Shown here one piece after another: positions 1 to 10,063 of a DNA stretch of 64,000 nucleotides. The position numbers and the translations under genes are program-made. Under the pieces are notes generated by a model, which was given only the letters and a program-made list of their open reading frames with translations, did not search any database and was not told the origin of the DNA. Source of the DNA: Armatimonadota bacterium (GTDB lineage: Bacteria > Armatimonadota > Zipacnadia > Zipacnadales > UBA5352); contig JAYENL010000198.1 of assembly GCA_034722055.1 (NCBI GenBank), forward strand, positions 1-64,000, written 5' to 3'. Each line of letters begins with the position of its first letter. The stretch's first letter is position 1.

Positions 1-254
1 CGTCGTTCCGTTTGGAGCCGTGTGTCGCGCTGGAAGCCCGACCTACGCGGTGGAGAAGCGACGCGGACCGGGCCTTGCCGTTCCGTTTGGAGGGGCCGGT
101 CTCCGTCCCGGCCCGGTCGTTCGTCGTTCCGTTTGGAGGGGCGCGACTACGCTCGCGCCCGGCCGTTGTTATTCCGCGCTGAGCGCACGCAGACTGGCGA
201 ACGCAGAGGAGGGGCCGCCTGAGCGCGCCGGAAACCGGCGCGCGAAGTCGGCCC
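1..254 (+). repeat. Cluster of GGAG-tagged REP-like palindromes
   Basis: cgttccgtttggag occurs three times, each leading into GGAG, and the second and third are followed by a hairpin. Bases 88-121 are identical to 18483-18516. Bases 208-254 are a family-A unit (GGAGGGGCCGCCTGAG-hairpin-CGAAGTCGGCCC). Confidence 0.8.
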
Positions 255-366
255 GGTCGTCGCGCAACACGCGCCATCCCCGTGATGACTAATGAGAGGT
301 GACACGTACGGTTCCGTCGAATACTACGATAGTGGATAGTAGCATTCTAGCGGAGAGGAGTCCGCC

Positions 367-1368
367 ATGAAGCGCATGCCATTGATGATCGCCGCCGTGC
401 TGGTCTGTGCTACGGCCGTTGCTCAGCCTCAGGAGGCCGCGGTGACGCAGCCCGGGCCGCCGGTTTTCGCCGTCCCGGTGGTGGCCGTGATGCCCTTCGA
501 GGACGGCTCGGTGCGGGCGGACTGGGGCTGGCACTGCCGCGGCACTCGCTACCGCGCAGGCGCGGGTATCGCGGACATGGTCGCGAACGAGCTCGCCTTT
601 GAGGCCGACCGCCGGAGGACCTTCCGGCTGGTGGAGCGGGAGCGGCTGTTCGAGGTGCTGGACGAGCAGGACCTGGGGCGGGAGGGCCGCATCGATCCCC
701 GCACGGCCGCCCGCATCGGCCGCATCCTGGGCGCCGACCTGCTGGTCATGGGCGCGGTGACCCGGCTGGACGTGGAGGAGGACTGGATCGGCCTCCCCTG
801 GCGCATGGGCTTTGAGGCCGAGCGCTGGGAGGCCGTGGCGGTCTTCGACGGCCGCCTCGTGGACAGCGAGACGGCCGAGAGCGTCGCCGACGCCATGGGC
901 CGCGGGAGGGAGACGCGTCTGGGCGGGCGCATCTTCCGCGGCGACCTGGCGGGGCTGGACATCGGCGGGCGGCACTTCCAGCAGTCGCTGCTTGGTCGCG
1001 CCGCGCGCGAGGCGGCGCGGAGCTTCGCCCGGGAGGTAGCCGTGCAGCTCGATCGCATGGTCGGCGCCACCTGCGACTGGCTGGCGGAGGCCGACGCGCT
1101 GGTGGTCTACGTTGAGGACGGGCGCGTCATGCTCAACCGGGGCGCCCGCGACGGCGTGCGGCCCGGCGAGGTCTACAGGATCCGCCGGCTCCGCGAGGAG
1201 ATCCACGATCCCATCACCGGCGAGCTGCTCACGACCATCTACGACGAGCTGGGCGTGCTCACGGTCCGGGACGTCGAGGAGAAGGTCTGCATCGGAGGAC
1301 TCGAGCCGGCGCCGGATGCCCCGGGGCCGCCTCGGGTCGGCGACATGGCCATCCGCCTCAGGCGGTAG
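367..1368 (+). CDS. Secreted CsgG/HfaB-family protein with C-terminal FlgT-C-like domain
   Basis: Signal peptide. CsgG-like motifs VAVMPF, FRLVERERLFEVLDEQDL and AARIGRILGADLLVMGAVT. C-terminal VMLNRGARDGVRPG. RBS gaggag. Confidence 0.75.
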   Translation: MKRMPLMIAAVLVCATAVAQPQEAAVTQPGPPVFAVPVVAVMPFEDGSVRADWGWHCRGTRYRAGAGIADMVANELAFEADRRRTFRLVERERLFEVLDEQDLGREGRIDPRTAARIGRILGADLLVMGAVTRLDVEEDWIGLPWRMGFEAERWEAVAVFDGRLVDSETAESVADAMGRGRETRLGGRIFRGDLAGLDIGGRHFQQSLLGRAAREAARSFAREVAVQLDRMVGATCDWLAEADALVVYVEDGRVMLNRGARDGVRPGEVYRIRRLREEIHDPITGELLTTIYDELGVLTVRDVEEKVCIGGLEPAPDAPGPPRVGDMAIRLRR

Positions 1369-1374
1369 CGGGCG

Positions 1375-2301
1375 TCAGTCGGGCAGCGTCAGCAGCAGCG
1401 GGCCCTCCTCGGCCCGCGCCACGCTGGCGTCAGCGGTCACGATGCCCCGCACCGTCCGGACCTCCTGGCGATGCCGGTGGCCGTAGATGACCAGCGCCAC
1501 GTCCTCGGCCTCCTCCAGCGCCTCCCCCAGCAGCGGGCTGCCCAGGTAGGCATGGGCGAAGGCCCTCGAGGGCGTGTCCGACGGCGTCTCCGCCAGCTCT
1601 GCGAAGGGCACGAAGTGCGTTACCGCCACCAGCCGGCTGGCGGAGTCGGCGGCGGCGGCGATCTGTTCGCGCACCAGGTCCGCGAAGTGCTCGGCCATCT
1701 CCCCGTCCGGGCGCTCCCAGTCCAGGTGCAGCGCGTCGTTCCACACCGCCACCTGCGGCGGACCATCAGTCTTCCAGATGAGCCCGTTGGCCGCGTAGTC
1801 CTCCGCCTCCAACCCCTCCCATCCGCCCTCCTCGGCGCCGGGAACCGCGCTGAAGCTGGGGCCCTCATCCTCCCCGGGAGCCACGCTGATGGGCGTCACG
1901 GTCAGCCCCTCGCGGGGGGTGGTCCGCTGGCGCATGGCGTAGTCGTACCAGCCGATGCAGCCCACGAAGCCGGTCCCCTCCAGCACCAGCGGCTCATGAT
2001 CCAGGCAGTGGAAGCCCTGCTCGGCGGCGATGGCGGGGACGCGCTCCTGATACACCCGCCAGGTGTCGAAGGGCGCCTCGTCCTCCCACAGATCGTGGTT
2101 GCCGGGGACCATCAGCCGGGGACCGGGGAAGTCCGCGAAGAGGCCCAGTGCCTCGCCGAGCGAGCGCCAGCCGTCGGCGGCGCAGTCGCCCGCGACTACC
2201 AGGACGTCAGCCTCGGCCCTGCAGGCCGTCTCCGCCACGGCCTCCATGCGTGGCCGGGTGTCCGCGGTCAGATGCAGGTCGGCGAGGGCGACGATCCTCA
2301 T
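1375..2301 (-). CDS. Calcineurin-like metallophosphoesterase
   Basis: Motifs DLH, AGD, PGNHD, THF and GHRH. The start at MRIVALADLH overlaps the upstream stop (ATGA). Confidence 0.85.
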   Translation of the reverse strand: MRIVALADLHLTADTRPRMEAVAETACRAEADVLVVAGDCAADGWRSLGEALGLFADFPGPRLMVPGNHDLWEDEAPFDTWRVYQERVPAIAAEQGFHCLDHEPLVLEGTGFVGCIGWYDYAMRQRTTPREGLTVTPISVAPGEDEGPSFSAVPGAEEGGWEGLEAEDYAANGLIWKTDGPPQVAVWNDALHLDWERPDGEMAEHFADLVREQIAAAADSASRLVAVTHFVPFAELAETPSDTPSRAFAHAYLGSPLLGEALEEAEDVALVIYGHRHRQEVRTVRGIVTADASVARAEEGPLLLTLPD

Positions 2302-3182
2302 TGCGGCTCTCCGCCCGCGACCAGCTCCGCCGCCCGCTCGCGCGCCGTCTCCTGCCATGCCCCCGGCGCGGCTCGGAAGCAGCTTACGACGACCTCCGCC
2401 TCCACGCGCCGTCCCTCAGGCCACGGGTCCTCGTCGAGGACAAGCTTAGTGTAGAGCCTGTGGTCGCGCTCCCGATCCCAGTAACCCGCGAGCAACGGGG
2501 CGTCCTCGGGCCGCCGCGTGATCCGCATCAGCAGGCCGGTGCGCTCGCCCGGAATGCAGGCCGCTGTCCACTCCCAGTCCTCGTGCCACTGCAGGTCATC
2601 CGAGCTCTCGAACTCCCCGGCCTCCTCCTCGCCCTCCGTCGTGACGGCCATCCACTCCGCGGTCGCCGCGCTCACACAGTGCACAAACGGATACAGGACG
2701 GTGACGACCACGTCCTCGGTGGCGGTGAGCTCATGGTTCTCGGTGATGCCCTCCGGCTCGAAGATGAGCGTGGCGTCGAGCTGGAGCTTGTCGAGCATCG
2801 AGCGCTTCACCAGCACCGCACGGTCGCAGGCATAGACCGCGCCGTCCTCCAACCCCACCGGCTCCCCGTCCACGATCAGCGCGATGTCCACCACCCGCTC
2901 GACGCCGCCGGCGGAGTGCGCGCTGCCCACCCAGCCGCCGGCGGCGGGCACGCACGCCACGGCCCCGTAGGCTCCGGTGCGCGTCCCGATCTCGACGCCC
3001 TCGAACATGATCCCCTGCAGGCTCCAGGCGTGCGCCCGCTGCAGCTCGGCGGTCAGACCCCCGCACTTGATGGTCACCAGGCCCGGCTCCGGCTGCTCCT
3101 CGGCCCCACACGGGCAGATGGCCGCGACCATCAGCGTCGTCAGCGCTGTGACGGCAACGCCTCTCCCGAGCCGCAGCGTCAT
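2298..3182 (-). CDS. Hypothetical secreted protein (beta-rich)
   Basis: N-terminal hydrophobic signal, host-like codon use, and 4-nt overlaps with both neighbours. Confidence 0.7.
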   Translation of the reverse strand: MTLRLGRGVAVTALTTLMVAAICPCGAEEQPEPGLVTIKCGGLTAELQRAHAWSLQGIMFEGVEIGTRTGAYGAVACVPAAGGWVGSAHSAGGVERVVDIALIVDGEPVGLEDGAVYACDRAVLVKRSMLDKLQLDATLIFEPEGITENHELTATEDVVVTVLYPFVHCVSAATAEWMAVTTEGEEEAGEFESSDDLQWHEDWEWTAACIPGERTGLLMRITRRPEDAPLLAGYWDRERDHRLYTKLVLDEDPWPEGRRVEAEVVVSCFRAAPGAWQETARERAAELVAGGEPQ

Positions 3183-4150
3183 CGTTCCCCCAGCCTCGCC
3201 AGCGTCTCCAGCACCTGGCTCGCCCAGCCCACGACCGTCGGAACCAGGCCCCTCGGCCAGCGCGGCCGCGCGGCCTGGTCCTCCCCGCCTTCCGGCGGCT
3301 CCGGCTCCGCCGCCTCCGGCTCCGCGACCTCCTCTGCGTCGGGCTCCGCGGCCGCAACCTCAAAGCTGCTGACCACCGTCAGCGGCAGGTCGCCGATCTC
3401 CCCCACCGCGGCCATGCAGTTGAAGCTCATCCTCCCCTCCGCCGAGGTGGGCAGCCCGGAGGCGGGCTCTATTGTCCGGCGCATCCCCTCGACGGTCATA
3501 AGCCCGTTGCTGATCGTGACCTTGTTGTCCTGCAGGGGGTTCTTGGCGGTGAAGTCCGGGAAGCTCGCCTGCACGTCGGTGACGAACGCCGCCTCCTCGG
3601 CGGTGAGCCTCTCCAGCCGCGACGTCGCGCGCACCCCCACGTCGCCGAACTCGGCCACGGTCCGGCTGCGATCGATCTCCCACCCCTCGCCCAGAGCCAC
3701 GGGCTCCTCGGGCAGCTCCACCACTCCTGCCAGAAGCACGATGAGATGGATCGGCACCCCGCCGGTGGCGAAGAGATCCACGTCACCGCCGCCTGTCGCC
3801 TCCACCACTCGTCCCTGAGCGTCCACCCGCAGCTCAACCGGCTCAGGCGTGCTCGGCTCCTCCGCCTCACCCATAAGCTGGGAGGTGATGGGCGAGAAGT
3901 CCGCCCGCAGCGTGGCGGTGCCGTCCTCGTCCACCGCGACGACCGTCAGCGTCATGTCGGCCTCCGCCGAGCCGGTCACGGCCAGCGGCACACCGCCACC
4001 CATCTGAACCCTGTCGATCCGCGCGGAGACGTGCGTCTCTACGCTCGCGCCGGGCTCGAACTGATAGCGAAGCCCGACCTGCAGCTCCGCACCGGCCAGG
4101 CTCGCCTGCAGGATCATGAGGACTGTAACGAGGCAACGCGCGGCCTTCAT
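3179..4150 (-). CDS. Hypothetical secreted protein
   Basis: Signal peptide MKAARCLVTVLMILQASLAGA, RBS ggagg, acidic Pro/Glu tail. Confidence 0.7.
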   Translation of the reverse strand: MKAARCLVTVLMILQASLAGAELQVGLRYQFEPGASVETHVSARIDRVQMGGGVPLAVTGSAEADMTLTVVAVDEDGTATLRADFSPITSQLMGEAEEPSTPEPVELRVDAQGRVVEATGGGDVDLFATGGVPIHLIVLLAGVVELPEEPVALGEGWEIDRSRTVAEFGDVGVRATSRLERLTAEEAAFVTDVQASFPDFTAKNPLQDNKVTISNGLMTVEGMRRTIEPASGLPTSAEGRMSFNCMAAVGEIGDLPLTVVSSFEVAAAEPDAEEVAEPEAAEPEPPEGGEDQAARPRWPRGLVPTVVGWASQVLETLARLGER

Positions 4151-4297
4151 CCGCGACCTCCGTGGGGATGCGTCCTCTCTCCGTCAGGGCTATAGACGCT
4201 TGCTTCGCGGCGGTGTTTCGCGCCGACGCGGGCAGGAATGGTCGGCTGCTGCGCGAAATGACCCGCGCCGCGGACCACTCGATCAGGAGGTGCCGCC

Positions 4298-4810
4298 GTG
4301 CTCGGGGCCATCCTGGCGACATCAGAAATGGGCCCCATCGAGCAGCCGCATCTGCAGCGGCTGCACTCGGCGTTACAGGCACATGTCGAGCGTGTCGTGT
4401 TCTACGATAACCGTGGCGAACACGAGTTCGAGCACCGCGAGCTGCCGTCGGGCGGTGTGCTGGCGGCGCTTGCTGCCACGTTCCAGGACGCGGGCGACGA
4501 TCACGTTGTCCTGGTGGCGGCCGACATCATGCATCCGTCGGCGGAGCTGCTGCGCTACATGATCCAGGTGCGGGGCAGTCACGAGGCGGTCGTGCCGGAA
4601 AGGCGCGACGGGCGGCTCCAGCCGCTGCTGGCACTCTATCATCCACGCTGCGCCCGGCGCGCGGAGGGGCTGATCGCGGCCGGTCAGCACCGCCTTGACG
4701 CATTGCTCGAGGTCATCCGCGTCCGCCGGGTCACCGCCGATGAGGTGGCCAAGTTCGGCGACCCTGACAGCCTTCTGGCCAGGGCCCCGGCGCCTCAGAG
4801 CTTCATGTAG
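4298..4810 (+). CDS. MobA-like NTP-transferase, degenerate N-terminus
   Basis: GGVLAALAATF, VVLVAADI and AVVP..DGRLQPLLALY resemble MobA. RBS aggagg precedes a GTG start. The GGxSxRM loop is absent. Confidence 0.6.
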   Translation: MLGAILATSEMGPIEQPHLQRLHSALQAHVERVVFYDNRGEHEFEHRELPSGGVLAALAATFQDAGDDHVVLVAADIMHPSAELLRYMIQVRGSHEAVVPERRDGRLQPLLALYHPRCARRAEGLIAAGQHRLDALLEVIRVRRVTADEVAKFGDPDSLLARAPAPQSFM

Positions 4811-5283
4811 TACTCCACATGCGGCCGAACCTGCTCGAAGCCCACCTTCTCGTAGGCCCGCCGAGCCGGCGCGTGTGAGGGATCGAGGCCGGTGTGCACC
4901 GTGGCGTAGACCATCCCCGCCTCTCGCATTCGGCGCAGGCACTCCTCGTACTGGGCGGTGCCAAGGCCCCTCCCCTGGACCTGAGGATCGATGGCGTTGT
5001 TGCCGATCTCCCCCACCCCGTTGTCACGCAGCCTCATCGTGCAGAAGCCGACCACGCGACCGTCCACGTCCGTCACGAACGCCTCCTGGGGGCGCTCCCG
5101 GAACTGCCGCTCGACGGCGTCAGCCTTCTGCCTCAGCGGCTCCCCGGGGTGCTCGCGGCGCCACAGGTCCTCGCCCATCCGCTCGCGGAAGTGCTCGTAG
5201 ATCGGGGCCCACGCCTCCATGGCGATGCGCCTGATCTCGGGGATGTCCTCCTCGCGGGCCTCGCGGAAGACCGGGTCGGACAT
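4795..5283 (-). CDS. GNAT family N-acetyltransferase
   Basis: Acetyl-CoA motif IDPQVQGRGLG and C-terminal ARRAYEKVGF. Confidence 0.9.
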   Translation of the reverse strand: MSDPVFREAREEDIPEIRRIAMEAWAPIYEHFRERMGEDLWRREHPGEPLRQKADAVERQFRERPQEAFVTDVDGRVVGFCTMRLRDNGVGEIGNNAIDPQVQGRGLGTAQYEECLRRMREAGMVYATVHTGLDPSHAPARRAYEKVGFEQVRPHVEYYMKL

Positions 5284-5506
5284 TGTCTCAGCGCGCCTCC
5301 ATCCTCTCGGGCATGATGTAGACCGGCGCCGGCTGGCGGGAACCCAGCCGCAGCCGGACGGGCCTCCACGGTGCGGCGAGTCCCTCGCGCACCCCCAGCG
5401 TGTTCCCCGCCACTCCGGTGGCTCGGGAGCGTCAGCGTCACGGACTCGCTGGCCAGCTCCCGTCCGTCATGGCAGTGCCCCTCCGGCCACAGGGGTGTCC
5501 GCGCAG

Positions 5507-5538
5507 AAAAAGGGGAACCGGACGGAATCCGGTTCCCC
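5507..5538 (-). terminator. Intrinsic terminator of the subtilase-lipoprotein unit
   Basis: Minus strand reads GGGGAACCGGA-ttccg-TCCGGTTCCCC-TTTTT, about 50 nt after the stop at 5587. Confidence 0.85.
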
Positions 5539-5586
5539 GTTGCATCTCTCGACGTCCCCATGTCGGGCCATCCGTCCGCTGCCGGT

Positions 5587-6645
5587 CTACAGGCCGGGAC
5601 GTGGCGGCGGCTGATCGATGCCCTGGACGGTGAAGTCCACGAACTCCGACGTGCTCGTCATGCCGGTGCGATCGCGCACCAGCAGGCGGGCGCTGTAGTT
5701 CTCGGGCGCCTGCACACCGTCCGCCGTGGGCTGGTTGTCGTTGGCCGGCGCCGCGAAGGTCGTGTTGTAGCTGGCCTGCCGATAGCAGTTGACCAGGCCC
5801 GGACACGCTATTGCCGTCTCGGGGTTGCTGACCTGCATGTCGAGCTCGATGATCCTGTCGCCGGGCGCGTAGACCTGCACCTTGGCATCCTGCACCCGCA
5901 CGCCGTCACCGTCGGCGATCGAGGCGGAGATGTAGACCTGTCCCCCCGTGGCCGGCAGGATCTGCGGGTTGAGCCTGAAGCTGTTGATCTGGGGCGGACG
6001 CGGCGACACTACCACCACCGTCGATGTCCGCCTGGCGCTGCCCGAGAAGGCCTGCACCTGGCCTGCGCCGACGCTCTGCGCGGTGAAGACACCCGTCGGA
6101 CTCATGCTCCCGATCCCGCCCGTGACCACCCAGGTCGGCTCCAGACTGTCCAGCGCCTTGCTGCTGGCGCTAACGAGCTGCGTGCGGTAGGTGATCTGCC
6201 CATTGAGGTCGATGGTCGCCGAGGTGGGGTCCAGCAGGATCTGCTCGGGCACCGACACGTCCAGCGGCAGCACCGCGAAGTGCACGGTCGTGGTCTCGTT
6301 CTCGTTCAGCGGGACCTCCGCGTTGGCCGTGCCGTAGTGCTCTGACCGCGGCGTGGTCACCTGCACGGACCAGGTGCCGGCCGGCAGGTTCTCGATCCTG
6401 TAGGAGCCACCTGCGCCGCTGAGGCCGCTGCGATTGGCGTCCACGACGGAGATGACCGCGTCGGAGACTCCCAGGGTCGGGTCGCTGGCTGCGACCACAG
6501 TCCCCGCCAGGGTGGCGGTTCCCATCACAGGCGTCGGGGGAGCGACCCCGCCCGCCCCATCGTCGCCCCCACAGCCGAATCCGACCGTCATTACCGCGAT
6601 GATGACCAGGCCCATCAACCAGCCCAGCGCCCATCTGTCACACAT
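5587..6645 (-). CDS. Lipoprotein with carboxypeptidase-regulatory-like and Ig-like domains
   Basis: Lipobox-like VGFGC followed by GG, GSYRIENLPAGTWSVQV, and an Ig-like segment IGSMSPTGVFTA. Confidence 0.75.
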   Translation of the reverse strand: MCDRWALGWLMGLVIIAVMTVGFGCGGDDGAGGVAPPTPVMGTATLAGTVVAASDPTLGVSDAVISVVDANRSGLSGAGGSYRIENLPAGTWSVQVTTPRSEHYGTANAEVPLNENETTTVHFAVLPLDVSVPEQILLDPTSATIDLNGQITYRTQLVSASSKALDSLEPTWVVTGGIGSMSPTGVFTAQSVGAGQVQAFSGSARRTSTVVVVSPRPPQINSFRLNPQILPATGGQVYISASIADGDGVRVQDAKVQVYAPGDRIIELDMQVSNPETAIACPGLVNCYRQASYNTTFAAPANDNQPTADGVQAPENYSARLLVRDRTGMTSTSEFVDFTVQGIDQPPPRPGL

Positions 6646-6693
6646 GATCCGCTCCGCCCCTTTACGGGGAAGTTTGAGTATTACTGCCGGGCG

Positions 6694-9600
6694 TTAGCGC
6701 CGTACCGCCAGCGTGCGCACCGCCTGCGTCCGAGCGCCGTCCTCTCCCGCCGCCTCCACCTTCATCACGTAGGTCCCCCGTGGCACCGCCGACCCCCTGT
6801 CAGATCGGCCATCCCAGATGACCTGCGCGGTGCCTGCCGCCCGGGGTCGGGCGCGCTCCAGAACCCGGACGGTGCGACCGGCGATATTGAGTACCTCCAC
6901 GGTGCACTCGGCCGCCGTGGACAGCGTGAAGCTCACCGCGGCGCCCCCTGCACCAGTAGGCTCTGCCATCAGGCTAGTAAGTGTAAGCGCTCCGCCCCTG
7001 CGAGTCAACCTCAGCGTCATGCGGCGGGCTCGCTCGCCGTCTCGCAGTCTCATGCGGTAGCGCCCGCCCCGGCGCAGGTCGAACTCCACTCCGGCCGCCG
7101 TGTCGCACAGTGTGAGCGCGTAGCTGCTCGGGATGGCGTCCGGGTTCGCGCACCACACCTCGACCTCACCGCCGACCAGCGATTCGACCGCCAGCTCCCA
7201 CTCCGCCTCGGCCGGGGAGAGCCCCGAGAATGCCCCGGCGGTCCGCACTCGTCCCCCGTCCGGCCGAAAGTAGAGATCGACGCCGCTTGCGGTGGGCGGC
7301 GGGCTGACCAGCGGCCCGGCCCCCACCAGCCGGGGCGAGACCCCAAAGAAGTTGCTCCGGTCCATCCCTCCAGGCCCCGCCGCGCACAGACGCGCCGTCC
7401 ACGTCTCTGCACCCTCGGCGGCCGGTCGGGCGGACTGCAAGAGCACCACGCCGCCGGGCCGCGGCAATGTCAGTATGCACCGCTTCTCCACCCTCGCCCA
7501 GAATCCCTCCCACGGTTCAACATCACTCTCGCCGATTCCCAGGAAGGGCGCGATCATGTCATAGCCGTTCGTGTCGCGGTTGTAGGTCCAGAAGACCTGC
7601 CGCATGACGTTGGCGCCGTCCGCGCTGGGCAGGTCCATGGTCGTCCCCTGGAACTGCACGGTAGCCGCCATCATATCCATGGCGCCGAAGTAGGGGTTGG
7701 CGAGCTGATGCCACCCGGGATCGAGCTGCACGCTGAGGCTCCCGGACGGTGCGGCGTTGCCCGATGGGACGAAGCTGGTCTCCCTCTCCAGGCGCAGCCA
7801 GTAGCCGTTGCCCAGGACCAGCGGGAGACTCCCCGGCCCGGAGTAGACCTGATACTGCCCGGCCGCGGACGACCACCGCGCCAGCTTCAACTCCGCCGGG
7901 TCAATGCCCAGGAAGGTCGCCGGCTCCCCGTCCGCCGGCTCCAGGGGCGTCCCGAACAGGTGCAGGCCCGCCGGGAGCGTCTTCGGCCCGTTCGCGAAAG
8001 ACTGCACCGGCCCCACGGCGGTGACGTCCTTCTCCTCGTTCCCGAAGGTGTCCACCGCGGTCACAGCGTAGAAGTAGTCCACCCTGTCCTCTGTAGTGTC
8101 ATCCACGAACTCTGTGGCGTCGGCGTCATCGATGACCGCGATAGGCTGGCGCGCGGTCACGGTGCTGAAGCGGACCGGCGCCCGGTACACGGCGAAGTGA
8201 TCGAAGTCACCTGGCGGGGAGTACCGGTCCCAGCCGACGCGGATGGCCCCGCCGTCGTCGGAGGGCCGGTCCTCGGCGAAGACACCCTCCGGCGTCGGAG
8301 GCGGCAGATCGTTCTCGGACTCAACAGGGCCCACCACGTCGGAGTCGGAGCTCAGGCTCCCGTCCGTGGCACGCACCTTGTAGAAGTAGGATACCCCGTC
8401 GGTCACCGACGTGTCCTGATACTCAGGCACGCCCGCCGGCAGGCGCTTGATCTGTCCGAAGCTGCCGGAGGTGCCCTCCCGGCGCAGGACGATGTACTCC
8501 GTCACCGTGTCGGCGCCCGCGCCGTCGTCGAGGGAGAGCTGCCACTCCAGGCTGATGCTGCCCCCCTGGTCGCCGGGGGTATCGAAGGCCGCCAGGTCAC
8601 GCGGCGGCCGCGGTACGAGTTGCACCCCCAGCGCCCGGGCGCAGTTGATGCGCCCCGCCCCCAGCTTCCCCGCGAAGCCGGGATTGAGGGCGTCGATGTC
8701 GTCGCAGGAATCCCTGATGGCGGTGATGAGCTGGTCGGGGCCCATGCCGGGATTCCGGGACTTGATCAGCGCCGCCAGGCCCGAGGCCAGCGCCACGCTG
8801 AACGACGTGCCCGAGTTCGTGTCATAGTAGGTGCTGAACTTCGAGAAGCCCGGATCGTAGTAGCCGGTGCCGAGCAGGCCCTCGCCGGGCGCCATGCAGT
8901 CCACGAACGTCCCGGCGCTGCTGCCGTCGTAGTTGCTGAACGACGCCCGGAGGTCATTGCGATCCGTCGAGCCGACGCCCAGCACGTAGTTGCCGATGCC
9001 CAGGCTGGGGCCATCGTTGCACACCGGGGACTCCCAGGTGGACTGGCTGTCAGTGAGCTGTCTGCCGCCGTTGCCCGCAGCCGCCACCACCAGGATGCCG
9101 GCCTCGTGGGCTCTCGTGATAGCCGGCGTGAAGGACTGGGCGTAGTCGCCGCCCACGCTGAGGTTGATGATCTCAACGCCCATGTCGATGGCGTAGTCGA
9201 TGCCCTCAATCACCTGTGAGACGCTGGTGCCGCCGTCATCAGGGAAGACCTGCACCGGCAGGATCCGAACCCTCCAGTCCACCCCTGCCACGCCGAAGCC
9301 GTTGTTGCCCACCGCCGCGGCCAGCCCCGCCACCAGCGTGCCATGGTTGACCTGGTCATCCACCTCGCCGTTCTCGTCGTCATCGACCCCGTCCGGCTCA
9401 GGGTTGGGATTGTTGGTGTCGTTCTCGAAGTCCCAGCCGTTCACGTCGTCAACGAAGCCGTTGCCGTCATCGTCGATCCCGTTACCGGGCACCTCGCCGC
9501 GGTTCACGAAGATCTTGCTCGCCAGGTCCGGGTGGTCGATGTCCACGCCGGTGTCTACGATGCCGATGACCACGTCCGCCGAGCCCCTCGTCACGTCCCA

Positions 9601-10002
9601 CGCCTCCGGCGCGCGGATCTGGGGCAGGTGCCACTGCTCGGGGTACTTGGGGTCGTCCGGCGTCAGCGCCGGATAGACCATCCGGTCCGGCTCCACGAAG
9701 AGCACGTCCGGGTCGCCGAGGGTGCGCATGGTGGCCGCCTGCGTGGACATGCCCTCCGGCAGCTCCACCACAAGCACCTGTCCGCCCGCCAGCCGCTTGG
9801 TCACCCGCCCGCCGGTAGCCGTCTGCAGCGCCTGCACCTGGCTGGTGCGCACGGTGGGGCGGACACCCACCAGCAGCCGCCCGGGAACGATCCCCGAAGG
9901 CACCGGCTGGGCGGGAGCCGTCCCCATGGCTGCGAGCAGCAGGGACAAAGCGGCGATGAGCATGAGAAGGCCGCGGCGGGCGTTCGCGCCGGCCGCGGCC
10001 AT
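6694..10002 (-). CDS. Secreted S8 subtilase with FN3-like repeats and C-terminal FlgD-Ig-like domain
   Basis: Triad IVDTG / NHGTLVAG / SGTSFS and oxyanion AAAGN. C-terminal EVLNIAGRTVR...WDGRSDRG..VPRGTY. Start placed at MAAAGANARR. Confidence 0.9.
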   Translation of the reverse strand: MAAAGANARRGLLMLIAALSLLLAAMGTAPAQPVPSGIVPGRLLVGVRPTVRTSQVQALQTATGGRVTKRLAGGQVLVVELPEGMSTQAATMRTLGDPDVLFVEPDRMVYPALTPDDPKYPEQWHLPQIRAPEAWDVTRGSADVVIGIVDTGVDIDHPDLASKIFVNRGEVPGNGIDDDGNGFVDDVNGWDFENDTNNPNPEPDGVDDDENGEVDDQVNHGTLVAGLAAAVGNNGFGVAGVDWRVRILPVQVFPDDGGTSVSQVIEGIDYAIDMGVEIINLSVGGDYAQSFTPAITRAHEAGILVVAAAGNGGRQLTDSQSTWESPVCNDGPSLGIGNYVLGVGSTDRNDLRASFSNYDGSSAGTFVDCMAPGEGLLGTGYYDPGFSKFSTYYDTNSGTSFSVALASGLAALIKSRNPGMGPDQLITAIRDSCDDIDALNPGFAGKLGAGRINCARALGVQLVPRPPRDLAAFDTPGDQGGSISLEWQLSLDDGAGADTVTEYIVLRREGTSGSFGQIKRLPAGVPEYQDTSVTDGVSYFYKVRATDGSLSSDSDVVGPVESENDLPPPTPEGVFAEDRPSDDGGAIRVGWDRYSPPGDFDHFAVYRAPVRFSTVTARQPIAVIDDADATEFVDDTTEDRVDYFYAVTAVDTFGNEEKDVTAVGPVQSFANGPKTLPAGLHLFGTPLEPADGEPATFLGIDPAELKLARWSSAAGQYQVYSGPGSLPLVLGNGYWLRLERETSFVPSGNAAPSGSLSVQLDPGWHQLANPYFGAMDMMAATVQFQGTTMDLPSADGANVMRQVFWTYNRDTNGYDMIAPFLGIGESDVEPWEGFWARVEKRCILTLPRPGGVVLLQSARPAAEGAETWTARLCAAGPGGMDRSNFFGVSPRLVGAGPLVSPPPTASGVDLYFRPDGGRVRTAGAFSGLSPAEAEWELAVESLVGGEVEVWCANPDAIPSSYALTLCDTAAGVEFDLRRGGRYRMRLRDGERARRMTLRLTRRGGALTLTSLMAEPTGAGGAAVSFTLSTAAECTVEVLNIAGRTVRVLERARPRAAGTAQVIWDGRSDRGSAVPRGTYVMKVEAAGEDGARTQAVRTLAVRR

Positions 10003-10063
10003 GAGCTCGCCCTGCGTGTTGCTGGCTATCGTGTCGGTCTCCCTCCCGGGGCGTGCCGGCGGC

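Noticed and set aside
1..170. CRISPR-like repetition of cgttccgtttggag
   Set aside because: Only three short units with irregular spacing and palindromic 'spacers' that recur elsewhere. No cas genes are present.
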